The notes beneath the pieces are model-generated. The model had not been told where the DNA came from, searched no databases, and saw nothing but the letters and a program-made list of their open reading frames with translations. DNA of 44,133 nt from contig JALAGF010001066.1 in NCBI GenBank assembly GCA_030167865.1, positions 1-44,133 of the forward strand, in the 5' to 3' direction. The stretch's first letter is position 1. Each line of letters begins with the position of its first letter. The stretch comes from Craspedostauros australis. Taxonomy: Eukaryota. Below, piece by piece: positions 22,358 through 33,717 of the stretch. A program made the position numbers and the translations under genes.

Positions 22358-24234
22358 TCAATGCACACCGCCGTGCGGGACATCCCCTCGATCCTCCAGA
22401 ACGACGTATTCCGACATGATATCTCGCACCTGAGCCGTCATCTGCTGGCGGTGGTACTTCTTGTAAACCGCCAACGCGACGCTCAGCAACGTGAACATGC
22501 CGACCATGCAAAGTAACATGGTGAACATGGAGACCGTCTTGGGTTGCGTGTCCCATTGCGCATCGGGTTGCGTGTGGGCGATGATACCGCTGCTGGACTT
22601 GCCGCGCGTGCTGGGCTTGGACTTCTTCTTCTGCTTCGTGCTGGGAGAGAGACAGTCCAGCACATCCGCCTCGCCATGGCAGTGGGTGCAGACGGATGGC
22701 TCGGTTCCACGACCGAAGGAGCCGCAGATGGCCGCGAAGACGCCGTTCGTCGTGAGCTGTCCTTGGAAGGGCCGGTTGTTGACCTTCAAGGTGGGCGTGG
22801 CGACGATGCCCTTGTTTTCCATCTCGTTAAGTTCCGTCTCGATCAGCGCGTTGACTTTGTCGTCTTGCAATCCGCCCGAGTGCTGCATGCAGGCGTCGAT
22901 GAGTGACTTGTCGATGTTGGCCTTTTGCAGGGCGCTGTTGACGCAGTGGTCATCGTTGAAGAGAGTCTCGTAACAGTGGTCCACGAATTCTTCTACGTAG
23001 TCCCACCATGGCGTGCCGACGCCGTCCTTGCCGTACTCCTTCCAAATGCAGATACGACGCAGGCTCTCCGTGACGGAGTCGATACCCGAGATGTCGCCCT
23101 GCGAGTCCTCGTGCTTGTCCATCTGACAGTAGCGCCCTTGGTTGGTGCATAGATCGGAACACTGGTTGCTGTACGCGGTGTTGCGACAGCCGATCTTGTT
23201 GCCGTCGTGCACCACGACGTGGGGTTCGAAGATGGCGTGACTGCGCAGGGCCTCCGCGATGTGACGAAAGCCGCGTTGCAATGAGTGTTGGAAGGCATCG
23301 GATGGCGTCATCCATAGCTGGTAATGCACGCGTTGGTGATCGGGATTGTCTTTGGGCCATGCCATCTTGGCGCGCACGAATACATCGTCCATGAGGGAGG
23401 CCTTGAGGTCGTCGGCTTCCTGCTTGGCCACGAGGAAGGATGGAATCGTGATGTCGCCGCCGGATCCATCATCGGCCATGAGGGGTTCCCTTGGCTCGCA
23501 TGGCTTTTTGGAGACGCAGTTGTGACCGGCGGTGCAGAGACAGACGTCGTCGGCAATGAGGACGCCGCTGGCCCCCGCCATCTGCGCGTTGCGGACCTTC
23601 TGAACGAAGGTGCAGCCGCCGCGGTCCATCATGAGGATGAAGGGGTTGCGCGATGGCAGCATGCCCCCGTTGCTGGCATCGTCGATGTTGGCTTGCGGAT
23701 ATATGTTGGTCGTGTATGCCGGAGTGGGATCGCACATGTCTGAGTCGACGTAGTAGACGAACTGCTCGATGGCGATGCCCAGCGGAGGCATGCCGAACAG
23801 GGCCTCCTTGTGTTCATATCCATCGGTCTTGCGCAGTGATGGAGGTACCTGTGGATGTTGGTGTGTTGGAATGTTGAAGCGATGGAATGTTGATGTGTTG
23901 GAGTGTTGATGTGTTGGAGTGGAAGGTGAGCGAATGATGTGAATGGTTGATTGGGGTTGATGGGTCAACAGGCGTGACCACCTGGCTTCTCTCAGTCATA
24001 GAGTACTCGTGAAGCAGACACTCAGTCATCACCGGAAACAACTTCCATGATCGTTAGAAGCCAACTTCCACAATCGTTAGAAGCCAACTGCGATCACCAA
24101 CCATCTGAACGACGCACCGTGATCTGAAGCTGACTGGCGCTTTCGACAACCGCCATGGTCGCCGCCGCCATGGTCGACACCAGACAGAGACCAAGCTTGG
24201 TGCTGGATCGTTGCGAACACAACATGATGAGCAT
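22358..24234 (-). CDS. Vacuolar sorting receptor (BP-80/VSR family), about 535 aa, 2 exons
   Basis: Exons 24234-24118 (signal peptide, ..SQLQIT) and 23848-22358, with a phase-0 GTGCGT...ACAG intron. EALFG.PP, PA domain MDRGGCTFVQKVRNAQMAGA, ITIPSFLV, CTNQGRYC, ESLRRICIW, WWDYV, AICGSF, a TM helix and a cytosolic IMSEYVVL motif (cf. plant VSR IMAQYMPL). Confidence 0.92.
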
Positions 24235-24609
24235 GAAATTGTGTGAGAACATGAATTTGTGTGATGATGTCTGTGGAAAGGAAGTCCCGCGTCCGTGTTG
24301 GTATCTTGTGGGACTTGGAGGAAGAATATGTCACAGTCATGTCGCATGACTGTCTTACCTGTGGTCACAAAGTGGCAACAGACAGAACCGATTCCTCCAT
24401 GACAAGAGAGAGTTGAGATGGTAGAGTGGAAATGAAGATAGAGATGTCGGTAGATTGCGAGCCATGATACCTGCTCATGGTGGATGGAGTCTCTGGTACT
24501 GTTATGAATAATATTATAATATTATATTACTGTTGCTATTGTTGCCATTGTTGCTATTGTTGCTGTGGAGATGGTGAGACTGCCGCTGCAATGTTCCTAG
24601 ATGACACTT

Positions 24610-26058
24610 CTAAAATGTGACCTTGAATTCTTTGCATTTTTCTGAAAAGGAGGCATCATCGATGGCGTGCCTTCCCGCCGGCTCCGATGCGACCGACCGA
24701 TCATTCCAACTGCGCTTATCGTCATGATTGGAAGCCTGGAAATGATCTTCCAAAGCTCCCTTCTTGGAGGATGGTTTGCGAGGAGCATTGTTTGTTGTGG
24801 TTGACTTCTTGGTGGACCGGCCCGCCGTGCGACGCGACGCCATGCGGCGCCTCGTGGAAGAGATGCCGGGTTCCGACTTGACGGTCTCGGCACCGCCGCT
24901 GCCGACGCTGCCCGCCCCGCTGCCGCGTCGTTGCATTCTGGCGGAACGCGATCCCGTCGTGCGGGAGGCCTTGGAGGGGACCTGGTAGGCTTCCTCGTCT
25001 TCGTCTTCTTCTTCGCCGGTGTCGTCGAGGTACTTGGAGAGGGCCGAGTAGACGGATGATTTGCGCGTGGAGGATTCCTCCACGGATCGTTGGCGTCCGG
25101 GTCGGCGGTTGAGGTAGGATCCTTTGTGGGGTCTGGATCCTGGTCTTACGCGAGCGGAAGACTTGGCGGGCGCCGACGCTATCGATCTGTTGGAGGAACG
25201 CTTGGACTTGGGTCTGCCGCCGCTGCCGACGCTGGGCTCATCCTTTTCTCTGTCATTGCGCAGCTGATCCAGCAAGGTGGAAATGCCATCGGGATTGGCC
25301 TTGATCGATGACAGAGCGATCTTGGCAGGGCTGGACGTAGCCGATTGTTGTTGTGATTGATGTGATTGATTGTCGCCTTGCTTGTCGGAGATGAGCGACG
25401 CCGCAGCAGCAATGTCCGTGATCTCCTGCAGGATGAGCTCCGTGAGCAGTTCCTTGGCAGTTGGAGCAGGTGGGTCGTCGTTGTCATCGTTGTCGTCATG
25501 ATCGTTGTCATCGTTGTCGTCATGATCGTCATCTGCATGTTCAAGCTGATCGTGGCCACTTGACGCCTTGCCATGCTTTGTGGACGACTCTGTCTCATCC
25601 CGTTGCTTCCGTCGTGGTTTGCCAGACGAAGAGCGCTTGGACTTGGAGCTGGAGCGTTCCTTCTTTCCATCTCTGGACTTGGTTCTTCTCGATCCACTGT
25701 GCGATGGACCATGCGATGCGCTGCCTGACGACTCCTTCACCTCCGAGCTGCCTCTGCTCTTGCTGCGACGCCGATCATCTGGTTTGCCGCTCTTCCTCCT
25801 CGTTGTCTTTGTTAATGTCTTTGTCGTCGTCTTCGTCGCATGCTTCCGACTCGTCTGCTCCGGAGTGACATCGGCCCACACATCGAGCTCACCAACGGAC
25901 TCTCCGAAGACGTCGTTGGAGATGCAGGTCTCGGGGAACTCGAACTCCTCCGGCTCGCTGGTCTCAGGCGCGAACGCATTGTTGCCAAAGTCCGTGATGA
26001 AGCTGTCGTCGTTCGATCCTGGCGGCGGCGGCGGCGGCACTGGTCGTTGCATCATCAT
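24610..26058 (-). CDS. Hypothetical intrinsically disordered S/R/K/D-rich protein, 482 aa
   Basis: Long uninterrupted ORF with coding-like codon use. Poly-Pro N-terminus, DDNDHDDND repeats, one short helical segment (AKELLTELILQEITDIAAA) and recurring RS(I/V)AS(A/E)P motifs. No family recognised. Confidence 0.7.
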   Translation of the reverse strand: MMMQRPVPPPPPPGSNDDSFITDFGNNAFAPETSEPEEFEFPETCISNDVFGESVGELDVWADVTPEQTSRKHATKTTTKTLTKTTRRKSGKPDDRRRSKSRGSSEVKESSGSASHGPSHSGSRRTKSRDGKKERSSSKSKRSSSGKPRRKQRDETESSTKHGKASSGHDQLEHADDDHDDNDDNDHDDNDDNDDPPAPTAKELLTELILQEITDIAAAASLISDKQGDNQSHQSQQQSATSSPAKIALSSIKANPDGISTLLDQLRNDREKDEPSVGSGGRPKSKRSSNRSIASAPAKSSARVRPGSRPHKGSYLNRRPGRQRSVEESSTRKSSVYSALSKYLDDTGEEEDEDEEAYQVPSKASRTTGSRSARMQRRGSGAGSVGSGGAETVKSEPGISSTRRRMASRRTAGRSTKKSTTTNNAPRKPSSKKGALEDHFQASNHDDKRSWNDRSVASEPAGRHAIDDASFSEKCKEFKVTF

Positions 26059-28226
26059 GGTGGCTGTCGATCTGTTGCCGTGCCAATGCTATATAGAATA
26101 TTATAGAATAGAATAGAATACACGAGTGTTGTGATGGCACCAGTATCGTGCTTCTTGTCTGTGCGCTTCTTGGTGGAGCTGCTGACAAGATCAATGTGAT
26201 GGAATGCTGATTAATGATGGAAGCAAAGAGGATGGCTTGACTTGTGGGTTGTGGTGCGACCTATTCCTGTGGATGCTGATGGCAGACAGATGCTAATGCA
26301 GATGCTAATGCAGATGCTGGCGCTAATGCGTTTCTCGCCCCTCCACTGGATTGTCCTCGACTTCTTTGGCCCTCTACGATCTCTTTCTCTTCTGCTTGCG
26401 CTGTGTTGGCTCAGCCAGATACTGACTATCAGTAGTACAGTATAACGTAATATAAAAGCTCGTATAATCCGAGCAGGCGTATGTTTGATGGCCGCACTGG
26501 TCTCTTTGTGTGGGTCCTCTCTATTGGCGCTGTCCACCAACACTGTCTATTGACGCTGTCTATTGATGCTGATGATGTTGTCGGAGGGGATGAAGGCGAC
26601 GCAGTGGCTGCCACAGATTATATCACTTCACTTCACTTCACTCTACTTCACTCTACTTCACTCTCCTCTCTGTTCTTCTTCAGAAGCAGCTCAGCCAGCG
26701 TTGGTTGATGCCTCTTCTTGATTGCTGTTTGTGAATTGTGTTGTATTGTGTTGTCTCTTTGTGGATTGTATTGTGTTGCTTGGCATGTTCCTGTGCAATG
26801 GTAGATCGTACCTTGTGGCTTGTGCGAGAATGATGCTGTTGTGGTGGTGGTTGTCGTCGTCTTCTTGGTCTTGTTGTGCACACTCTTGCTGACCAATCCC
26901 CACTTTCTTGTCGCTCTCTGCCTCGTCGTTGTTTGTTTGCTGTTTGTGCACAGCACTCTCTATCCGCGTCAAGTGCCACAGAGACAGCCGCGACAAACCA
27001 AACCAGGAAGGAACCCCAAGCGAAGGATCCCGCCATGGCACGTCCTGCGCTTCGCTCTTACGCTTGCTTGTCTTGGTCTGGTTGTCTTTTCTTGGTCTGT
27101 TAACAAAGGGCGTGTCACGTCTCTGTTTCAGAATCGCGCGATTCCTGAAACCACAACCCGCACAGGTATCGCCACAGCCAGGTTCTTGGTACCTCTATCG
27201 CGTTTGTCGCAGCCGTTTTCTTTCCCCAAACTGGCACGATCACTGTTGTCACCCAACTTTACAACTATGGTGGGTACCGGAAGGGCACAGAACATGTTCG
27301 TGGCACATTTGGTTTGTCCCTTTCATGAGTCGCAGGTGTATCACGTTCCGCCTTGAACCTCGTTCGTGTCGTGCTGTTTGTTTCCTTCGAACATCCCTCA
27401 CTTTTAGCCTTGCCAGACACGAGGTCATTCGTTCCGCCTTCTCTTCCATGACCCCTTGCGGCACAACAAGACTCTTGGTCCGCCTTTCAACTTCAACGTC
27501 ACGTCACGTCGAGTAGAGTACATGGCGCGACGACCTTCGTGTAGCAGCGTCAACAGTCACAATTCACCATCACAGCCCAGACAGAAAGGTACTAACAACA
27601 ACCACACCAATTGCAACCACGACAGAAACTTCCGCTCTCTCTTCTGATTTGTGTCATTGACATTTTATTGTTGACCACTAGTACTTTAAGTCTAGAGATT
27701 GGGCGTTCTGGGACAAGAAATCAGCTTTTTTGTCCATCCATTCATTTTCTAGGTCTTCTTGAAATTCAGTCTCAACTTCGCACGAAAAGAAGCCCTAATG
27801 GACTAGATGGACTAACTAGTCTTCAAGTGTACCGAAAGTGACATATCAAACGATCCCATTTTCCAAGAGAGCTACTCACATCAACCCCAAATCCAAATCG
27901 TGGAAAAACCCTCGCAAAAAGATCCGTTGCTCTCTTGCGCGTCACCAACATCAGCAGCCTCCAAACCCATTCACTCCCTGGCATCCAACACGAGTACCAT
28001 CTCTCGCACGTGCAGATGGAGAGAGGAAGAGATAACGAGACAACGAGATAACGAGAAAGAAAGAAAGAACAACCCACAAGCAGCAGCATGTTGGTGGAGG
28101 TCAAGCGTTGGCCTCCGAACCACAATGAGGAAGATCATCACCATCCATCGATCGTGCGTTTCTGAATTGCCATCATCCCATCTCCTTGCCTTCCATCGAT
28201 CGCTCATTCCTTCCACGCTTGCCACG

Positions 28227-30068
28227 ATGATCATGATGATCACGGCATGGTTGGCGCCAACGACGATCCATGGCATTGCGATGCATGCAAGGAGGATGTC
28301 CTGCAGAACGCTTGCGTGCGGATATGCGGTCTCCTTTCGACCATCGCACAACAATCATCCACGGTGGGTTCGACCGACGGCGTTGGCAGATGTTGATGGG
28401 CGACGCAGCAGCTATTCGCAGTCTCGCGCCACACCTAGATCCACTCGTGCGAGTATGTCCAGTTCCAGCGACGGCGATAAAGACAACAAGGCCGCCATTG
28501 CTGCTTCCACCTGCAAGTCCGTCATTGACAATGCCATCGATCGCCAAATGAGAATACACGTTCTCGATGCACAGACGGACAACGTCCTGCTGCTCTGCGT
28601 CAGCGGAGGATCGGATTCGATGGCGTTGCTGCATGCCATGATTGATTGGTCCGAACGGCAGGCAGCTCCCACAAACGCGCCGCATCTGCACGTCCATCAT
28701 TTCAACCATCAGCAACGCGGCGCCGAATCGGATCTCGATCAACAGCTCGTGGAAACCGTGTGCGAGGCGTCCAACGTTGACTGCCACACGCATCGCTGGA
28801 ATGAAACATCGTCGTCGTCCTTCTCGCAGGAGATCGCACGCAATTGGAGACGCCAAACCTGCGTGGATTTCATAGCGACGCAGTACAGCGCAACGTCCCA
28901 CGTCAACGCCTTCATCATGACGGCGCATCATCGTGAGGATTCCTACGAATCAATGCTCCTCAAACTATTGCGCGGCGTCCACATTTCCAATCTGCAAGGC
29001 ATGGATTGTATTGCGACTGCCGGTGTGGCGCGGTCGCCCAATCTGCGGATCCAGTACTTTCGCCCTTTTCTGGAATTGACGAAGGACCAGCTGCGGGATT
29101 ACTTGCTGGAACAGAAACACGCATGGCGCGAAGACAAGAGCAACGCATCGCCCAAGTACCTGCGCAACCGCGTGCGCAACGAGCTCATGCCGCTGATGCA
29201 AGACATTATGGCCAGCGATGGTGAACAGCCGCAACGCGATGCGCTGCACGAGCGGCTGGACGTCTTGCAAGAGCAAACCACCATGCTGCGGGATGACATC
29301 CAACAACGCGTGCGGGCCTATCTGTCACAATCCGGCTCTGCCTTGCCTTGGAAGGACCTGGTGTCGTCGGATTCGCCCAACATGACGCCGTTGTTGCAGA
29401 ATCAGATCTTGCGTCAGTGGATGGTGGATGGCATTCATTCGCCTTCTGCATCCATCTCGTACAGCACACTGTCCCGGGTTTGGAAACAGCTCGTGGAACA
29501 TCCGCAGCGTCGGGAATGGAAGCTCGAGGTCGGCGCCAACTATTTCGTCTGCCGCAAGGGCGATGTGTTGGTCTTGGAAGATCGGCAGAAGCAGGAGAGT
29601 GATGGCTCTTTTCGCGTGATGGAATGGTCCATTGTCCTCCCAACCACAGACAAAGAAACGAATGAGACGACAGCAGAGACAACGAGAGAGACAACAAATG
29701 ACTTTATGCAACCGCTCACGATCCACGCTCCCGCCCATTTGCTGGCGCAGGGCGATTGGCAGCTGATTCAAACCACAATCGACGATTGGCCTGCAACGCT
29801 CCACTTCGTCCCGCACTGGAGACGTGGACGCAGCCCCATCAAGATGCGCCAATTCCTCAGAGGTCAAGGCATTCCGCTGCACGAACGCGGCAGCACGTCG
29901 GTTCTTCTTTTCGTTCCGCGGCGGGATGATGCGTCCGCCGTGGTCGTTGCCGCACGTCTTGGTCGAGAGTGGCTGGTACATGCGGACTTTGGTGCCGGCA
30001 ACATGCATGACAACGATGGTGGCAACGATGATGATGGAAGTGTCACAATCGCGGTTCACATCACGTGA
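28227..30068 (+). CDS. tilS: tRNA(Ile)-lysidine synthetase, nuclear-encoded and probably organelle-targeted
   Basis: PP-loop LLCVSGGSDSMALLH, HFNHQQRG, TAHHREDSYESMLLKLLRG, RPFL, WREDKSNASPKYLRNRVRNELMP and a C-terminal K(M)RQFLRGQGIPLHER TilS-C-like motif. The R/S-rich N-terminal extension suggests targeting. The start is uncertain (the ORF opens at 27900). Confidence 0.92.
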   Translation: MIMMITAWLAPTTIHGIAMHARRMSCRTLACGYAVSFRPSHNNHPRWVRPTALADVDGRRSSYSQSRATPRSTRASMSSSSDGDKDNKAAIAASTCKSVIDNAIDRQMRIHVLDAQTDNVLLLCVSGGSDSMALLHAMIDWSERQAAPTNAPHLHVHHFNHQQRGAESDLDQQLVETVCEASNVDCHTHRWNETSSSSFSQEIARNWRRQTCVDFIATQYSATSHVNAFIMTAHHREDSYESMLLKLLRGVHISNLQGMDCIATAGVARSPNLRIQYFRPFLELTKDQLRDYLLEQKHAWREDKSNASPKYLRNRVRNELMPLMQDIMASDGEQPQRDALHERLDVLQEQTTMLRDDIQQRVRAYLSQSGSALPWKDLVSSDSPNMTPLLQNQILRQWMVDGIHSPSASISYSTLSRVWKQLVEHPQRREWKLEVGANYFVCRKGDVLVLEDRQKQESDGSFRVMEWSIVLPTTDKETNETTAETTRETTNDFMQPLTIHAPAHLLAQGDWQLIQTTIDDWPATLHFVPHWRRGRSPIKMRQFLRGQGIPLHERGSTSVLLFVPRRDDASAVVVAARLGREWLVHADFGAGNMHDNDGGNDDDGSVTIAVHIT

Positions 30069-30230
30069 GCGTCGATTGCGCCCATGCGAACAGTGGTGTG
30101 AGAACAGTGGGAACAACAGGAAACGTTCCGACATCACCTTCGACGTGAGCGATGTCAAAGGCCTTGGCGCAGGTGTCCAAAATAGCAGCCTTTCGCGAGA
30201 AACCTTCCTCATCCACCATCACTTCCAGAG

Positions 30231-30310
30231 TATCATTGTGGTTATTATTGTGGTTATCATTGTGGTTATTATTGTGGTTATCATTGTGGTTATTATTGTG
30301 GTTATTATTG
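30231..30310. repeat. 12-bp minisatellite (GTTAT[T/C]ATTGTG), about 6.5 copies
   Basis: Directly visible tandem array downstream of tilS. Confidence 0.9.
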
Positions 30311-30920
30311 CGGATTTGAAAGATGGCACCACTCTGCATGTCTACTGCGCTGTGAGCATCTGTGATCGCACTACTACACACATCACAGTTACACACGGAG
30401 TCGTACCATGCGTGCACTATAAATGCTGCTGGGACATCTCGCAGTGCCATAGGTCTTGCACTGTGGAAATGTCAGCACGGAGAATCGATCTCTGGTGATG
30501 GCGAAGCATGAATTGTGAGAGTCTTTTGGCGCAGCATCGTTGTTCGCATTGGTAACTGATGGTGACAGCAGAATAGGAGTCGAGTGTCGCAAGACAGTGG
30601 TACCGCAGCAGCCATCCACAGGACAGGGCTTTGCCATCACGTGTGGAAACGCTCAAATCAAATCAAGGCTGAGCTACTGCTATGAGCAATCACCCTTTGT
30701 TGGACGACGAATAGTGTGGGAGAGCGCTATTCTACTACATATGTGGAGTAGCGCCGATGTAGAAGTTGTGAATGTGTAATGCATGCATTGTGTATGTAAT
30801 GCGTAATGTAGAAGTTGTGAATGTGTAATTTGTATTCTATAATATGGTATGGGTGTAATGTTACATGGATTGTTACATGGATAGTCGTACGTGAATGCAT
30901 AGTAGTATCCCACTATCCCA

Positions 30921-31562
30921 TTATTGCACTGTTGCTGTTCCTCGTCGATCTCTGCCAAAGAAGGACATGATGGTGCTCGTCATGCGACTCTGACTCGACA
31001 CCACCGGCGACTTGGATCTGCTGATGACCTTCGCGCCCATGATCGCGTTGGCCGATCGCTGCTTCTTCTCCAACCGCTTGGCGCGCTCCATCGCCTTCTC
31101 GTGAGCCATGCGCTCCGCGATCTCCGGCACGCACTTGGCATCGGCCTGGGCTCGTCGCTTGGCGGTCTTGCGGCTGTCTCGCGTCAGTTCCTTGCACACC
31201 TCGGCCAGCTTGGCCGCGCGGTCTCGGATGGGACATGTGCCATCGTCGATGTAGTCCGATAGCTGGCGCTGCGTCTCGAGCACCGAGTAGACGACTCCCA
31301 GCCTCGTCGTCTTGCTGTCGGAGTCGGTGGTGCTGTACTCCAACCCGCGTGGATCAAAGTCGGGGACGGCCGCGCCGCGTGCGAACTTCTTGTAGTCGAC
31401 GCGGTCTTGTGCTGCCAGCTGTGCCAGATCCTGTTTGCTGAACCATCGCGTCCTGCGTTCTTTGTCATTGAGCTCCGTGCGTTCTTCGATCAGGAACATC
31501 TCGTGATGGCCGTCATCGGCGAAGCTCACTTTGCTGTTCTGCATCTTTGTGTTGGCTGTCAT
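30921..31562 (-). CDS. Uncharacterised diatom 'VxF...W...RGLE' family protein, paralogue 1 (213 aa)
   Basis: Motifs SKVSF, RWFS, FDPRGLE, VYSVLETQ, ELTRDSRKTA and VPEIA; CA-rich leader; aligns with three neighbours. Confidence 0.85.
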   Translation of the reverse strand: MTANTKMQNSKVSFADDGHHEMFLIEERTELNDKERRTRWFSKQDLAQLAAQDRVDYKKFARGAAVPDFDPRGLEYSTTDSDSKTTRLGVVYSVLETQRQLSDYIDDGTCPIRDRAAKLAEVCKELTRDSRKTAKRRAQADAKCVPEIAERMAHEKAMERAKRLEKKQRSANAIMGAKVISRSKSPVVSSQSRMTSTIMSFFGRDRRGTATVQ

Positions 31563-33039
31563 GGTGTTCCTCTACTGTCGTGTTATTGTATTCGTACTGT
31601 GTTGTTGCTCCTGCTCTCGATGTGTGCCTTGCCTTGCGTTGAGTTGAGTTGAGTTGTTGTTCCTGTAGGATCAGTTCGGTGATGAATCAATTTTATGAGG
31701 ATCCGATTGCCAGGCAGCTTCCGAAGACCTGGGTTTGTGTGACAACACACAAGAAGACGTGAGAAACCAATTGCGAAACTTTTGTACGTGATCACGCTAA
31801 GATTTGTGTTGTTGTTGTGCAGCGTTGGGCGTGCAGTGCCTGTGGAGAGGCACGCGCGATTTGAATTGGATTGCTGGTCTTCCGCGCCTTCACAGGAAAA
31901 TTGTCGTTCGCTTCCCAGTGCGGCTGTACCAACATATGCCCCATGCCGACAGCGATGTGGTGCAAACTGTGCGTGACACCATAATAGCGCAAACGCTGCA
32001 TAAATACTTCACAAATGCTGCATGCAAAACAAGAAAGTATCATCGACTTTTACTTCTTTGGTGACTCCTTCCGTGTTTTCATTGGCACAATCGTTGGTCA
32101 CTGAGAAATCACGGGCTCGCGCACTGGCTGTTCGCAAGTTTGTGACTAACAATTTGTCGGTCTGGATGTCCCACACGCCATTTTTGCGTCGTGGTAAAGC
32201 CGGATCGAACTCAACATGCTTCGCATTGCCTGTCACGCGGGAACGACTCTGAGCTGTCGCGCCGCGATCGATCTGCGAAGCGACATCGCCTCGATTTCGT
32301 CCATGAGGTGTCACCCCAGTTTGTCTGCCGACCGGTATTATGGTTGCGAATAGGTACGCAGATGAGAAACTCACCTGAGTGACATTCGGTGGCAGCGTTT
32401 CGGCCACGTCGCCTTTTCTGGGCATGGCCGGATCGCCGTTGTGACCAGCACGACCAAACATTTTGAGAAACGCCAAGACCAAAGCGGGCCTGGGACCGTC
32501 TTGGTTGCCGATTCGTTGTTCTTTCTTCGCAGACGTGCGAACCAAGACAAGTTGTGGCGATGGTGCCGATCGTTTCGGCTTTCTTTGTGAGACGTGGATC
32601 TTGGCCAGTCTTGGTTTCGAGTCAAGATCGGTTTGCTTTTCATGCTAAGCGGTGTAAGTCTAGATAGATTGTGTTGAAAAAGTGGTTTCGTCTCGTACAC
32701 GTCTGGACGAGAGAGAAGGATGGACAAAGGAGAACCACCAAACGGAAATGGAACAACACATCAACATGAGACGCGAGAGACAGACACAGCACGTGATGGG
32801 TTCAGCAAAGGAGGAAAGAATGATGCGGCTGACCAACACCAGAAGAATCGCAGTAGTAGAGCTCGTGCGAGCAGTTTGTGTCCATTACATGGTACGTTGT
32901 GTGTCTACGTTGTTATTTTACTCTAACAATATGTAATAGGCTGTGCCTGTTCTACTCTACTCTGCTCTACTCTGGTTTACTGACCTTCCTCTGCGAGTGC
33001 CATACACGTACATACTCAATCAGTGGCCCTTTCCCCAAT

Positions 33040-33717
33040 CTAAGCACACGACGGTCTCCTTCTGGCCTTCTCGAACATCTTGCGGATCCCACGAAGGCTG
33101 CGTTCCCCCATGCGAGTCGGACTTCGCAGACCGACGGTCTCCGTACTCTTGCGTTGATGCGGTTGCGGTATGTTGGGTCGCTGATTCATGAATGTGCGCT
33201 GGCGCTGGATGGATGGTTGCTGCTTCGTGCTGTGCTGCCGGATGTTCTGCTGCTGCTCGATGATCTTCTGCCGGATCTTGAGCTCACGTTCCCGTGCTGC
33301 TCGTGCGGCGAGTTCCGGGATGTTCATCATGTCGGCATGGGCCATCTTCAGCGCCCGGCGGCGGTGTCGCGATGTCAGCCTGCGACTGACGCGTGCGACG
33401 GCTTCAGCATTGTACACCTGGCTGTCCCATTGTTTCTGCTGTTCCTCGATGACTGATTGGACGAGATCCAACGTGCACGTCTTCCTCTCCAAGCTCGTGA
33501 TGGCCATGAGGGATTCCAGGCCCCTCGTTTCGAACTCCTTGGAAGCGGTTCTCGTTGCAAGCATACGTTCGTCCAATGCATGGGACCTCTCGAGTTCTCG
33601 ATTGGTGTACCATCTCTCTCGCTTCTCTGCGTAGGACAGATCCAACAGACATTCCGTTTCTTGGAGTCCGTTCTTCGTGTCGTCGAATGATACTGATCGC
33701 TTCATTCCTCGTGTCAT
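33040..33717 (-). CDS. 'VxF...W...RGLE' family protein, paralogue 2 (about 225 aa)
   Basis: Motifs KRSVSF, RWYT, FETRGLE, VQSVIEEQQKQ and IPELA. The ATG at 33717 follows a CA-rich leader. Confidence 0.85.
   Translation of the reverse strand: MTRGMKRSVSFDDTKNGLQETECLLDLSYAEKRERWYTNRELERSHALDERMLATRTASKEFETRGLESLMAITSLERKTCTLDLVQSVIEEQQKQWDSQVYNAEAVARVSRRLTSRHRRRALKMAHADMMNIPELAARAARERELKIRQKIIEQQQNIRQHSTKQQPSIQRQRTFMNQRPNIPQPHQRKSTETVGLRSPTRMGERSLRGIRKMFEKARRRPSCA

Noticed and set aside
26820-27516. 178 and 202 aa plus-strand ORFs with hydrophobic stretches
   Set aside because: The hydrophobicity comes from GT-rich low-complexity sequence (the antisense of a CA-rich leader). The starts are non-ATG and no motifs are present.
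27900-30068. tilS and DUF501 as signs of bacterial contamination
   Set aside because: Both sit among spliced eukaryotic genes and have targeting-like extensions, and DUF501 has an intron. Organelles use tRNA-Ile(CAU), which needs lysidine.
30061-30450. ORFs encoding (NNNH)n or (VIIV)n
   Set aside because: They are translations of the 12-bp minisatellite. It is not a CRISPR array because there are no unique spacers.
30757-30829. 24-bp direct repeat (atgtagaagttgtgaatgtgtaat) and a similar short duplication at 24050-24088
   Set aside because: Local slippage duplications in UTR or intron sequence, with no mobile-element hallmarks.
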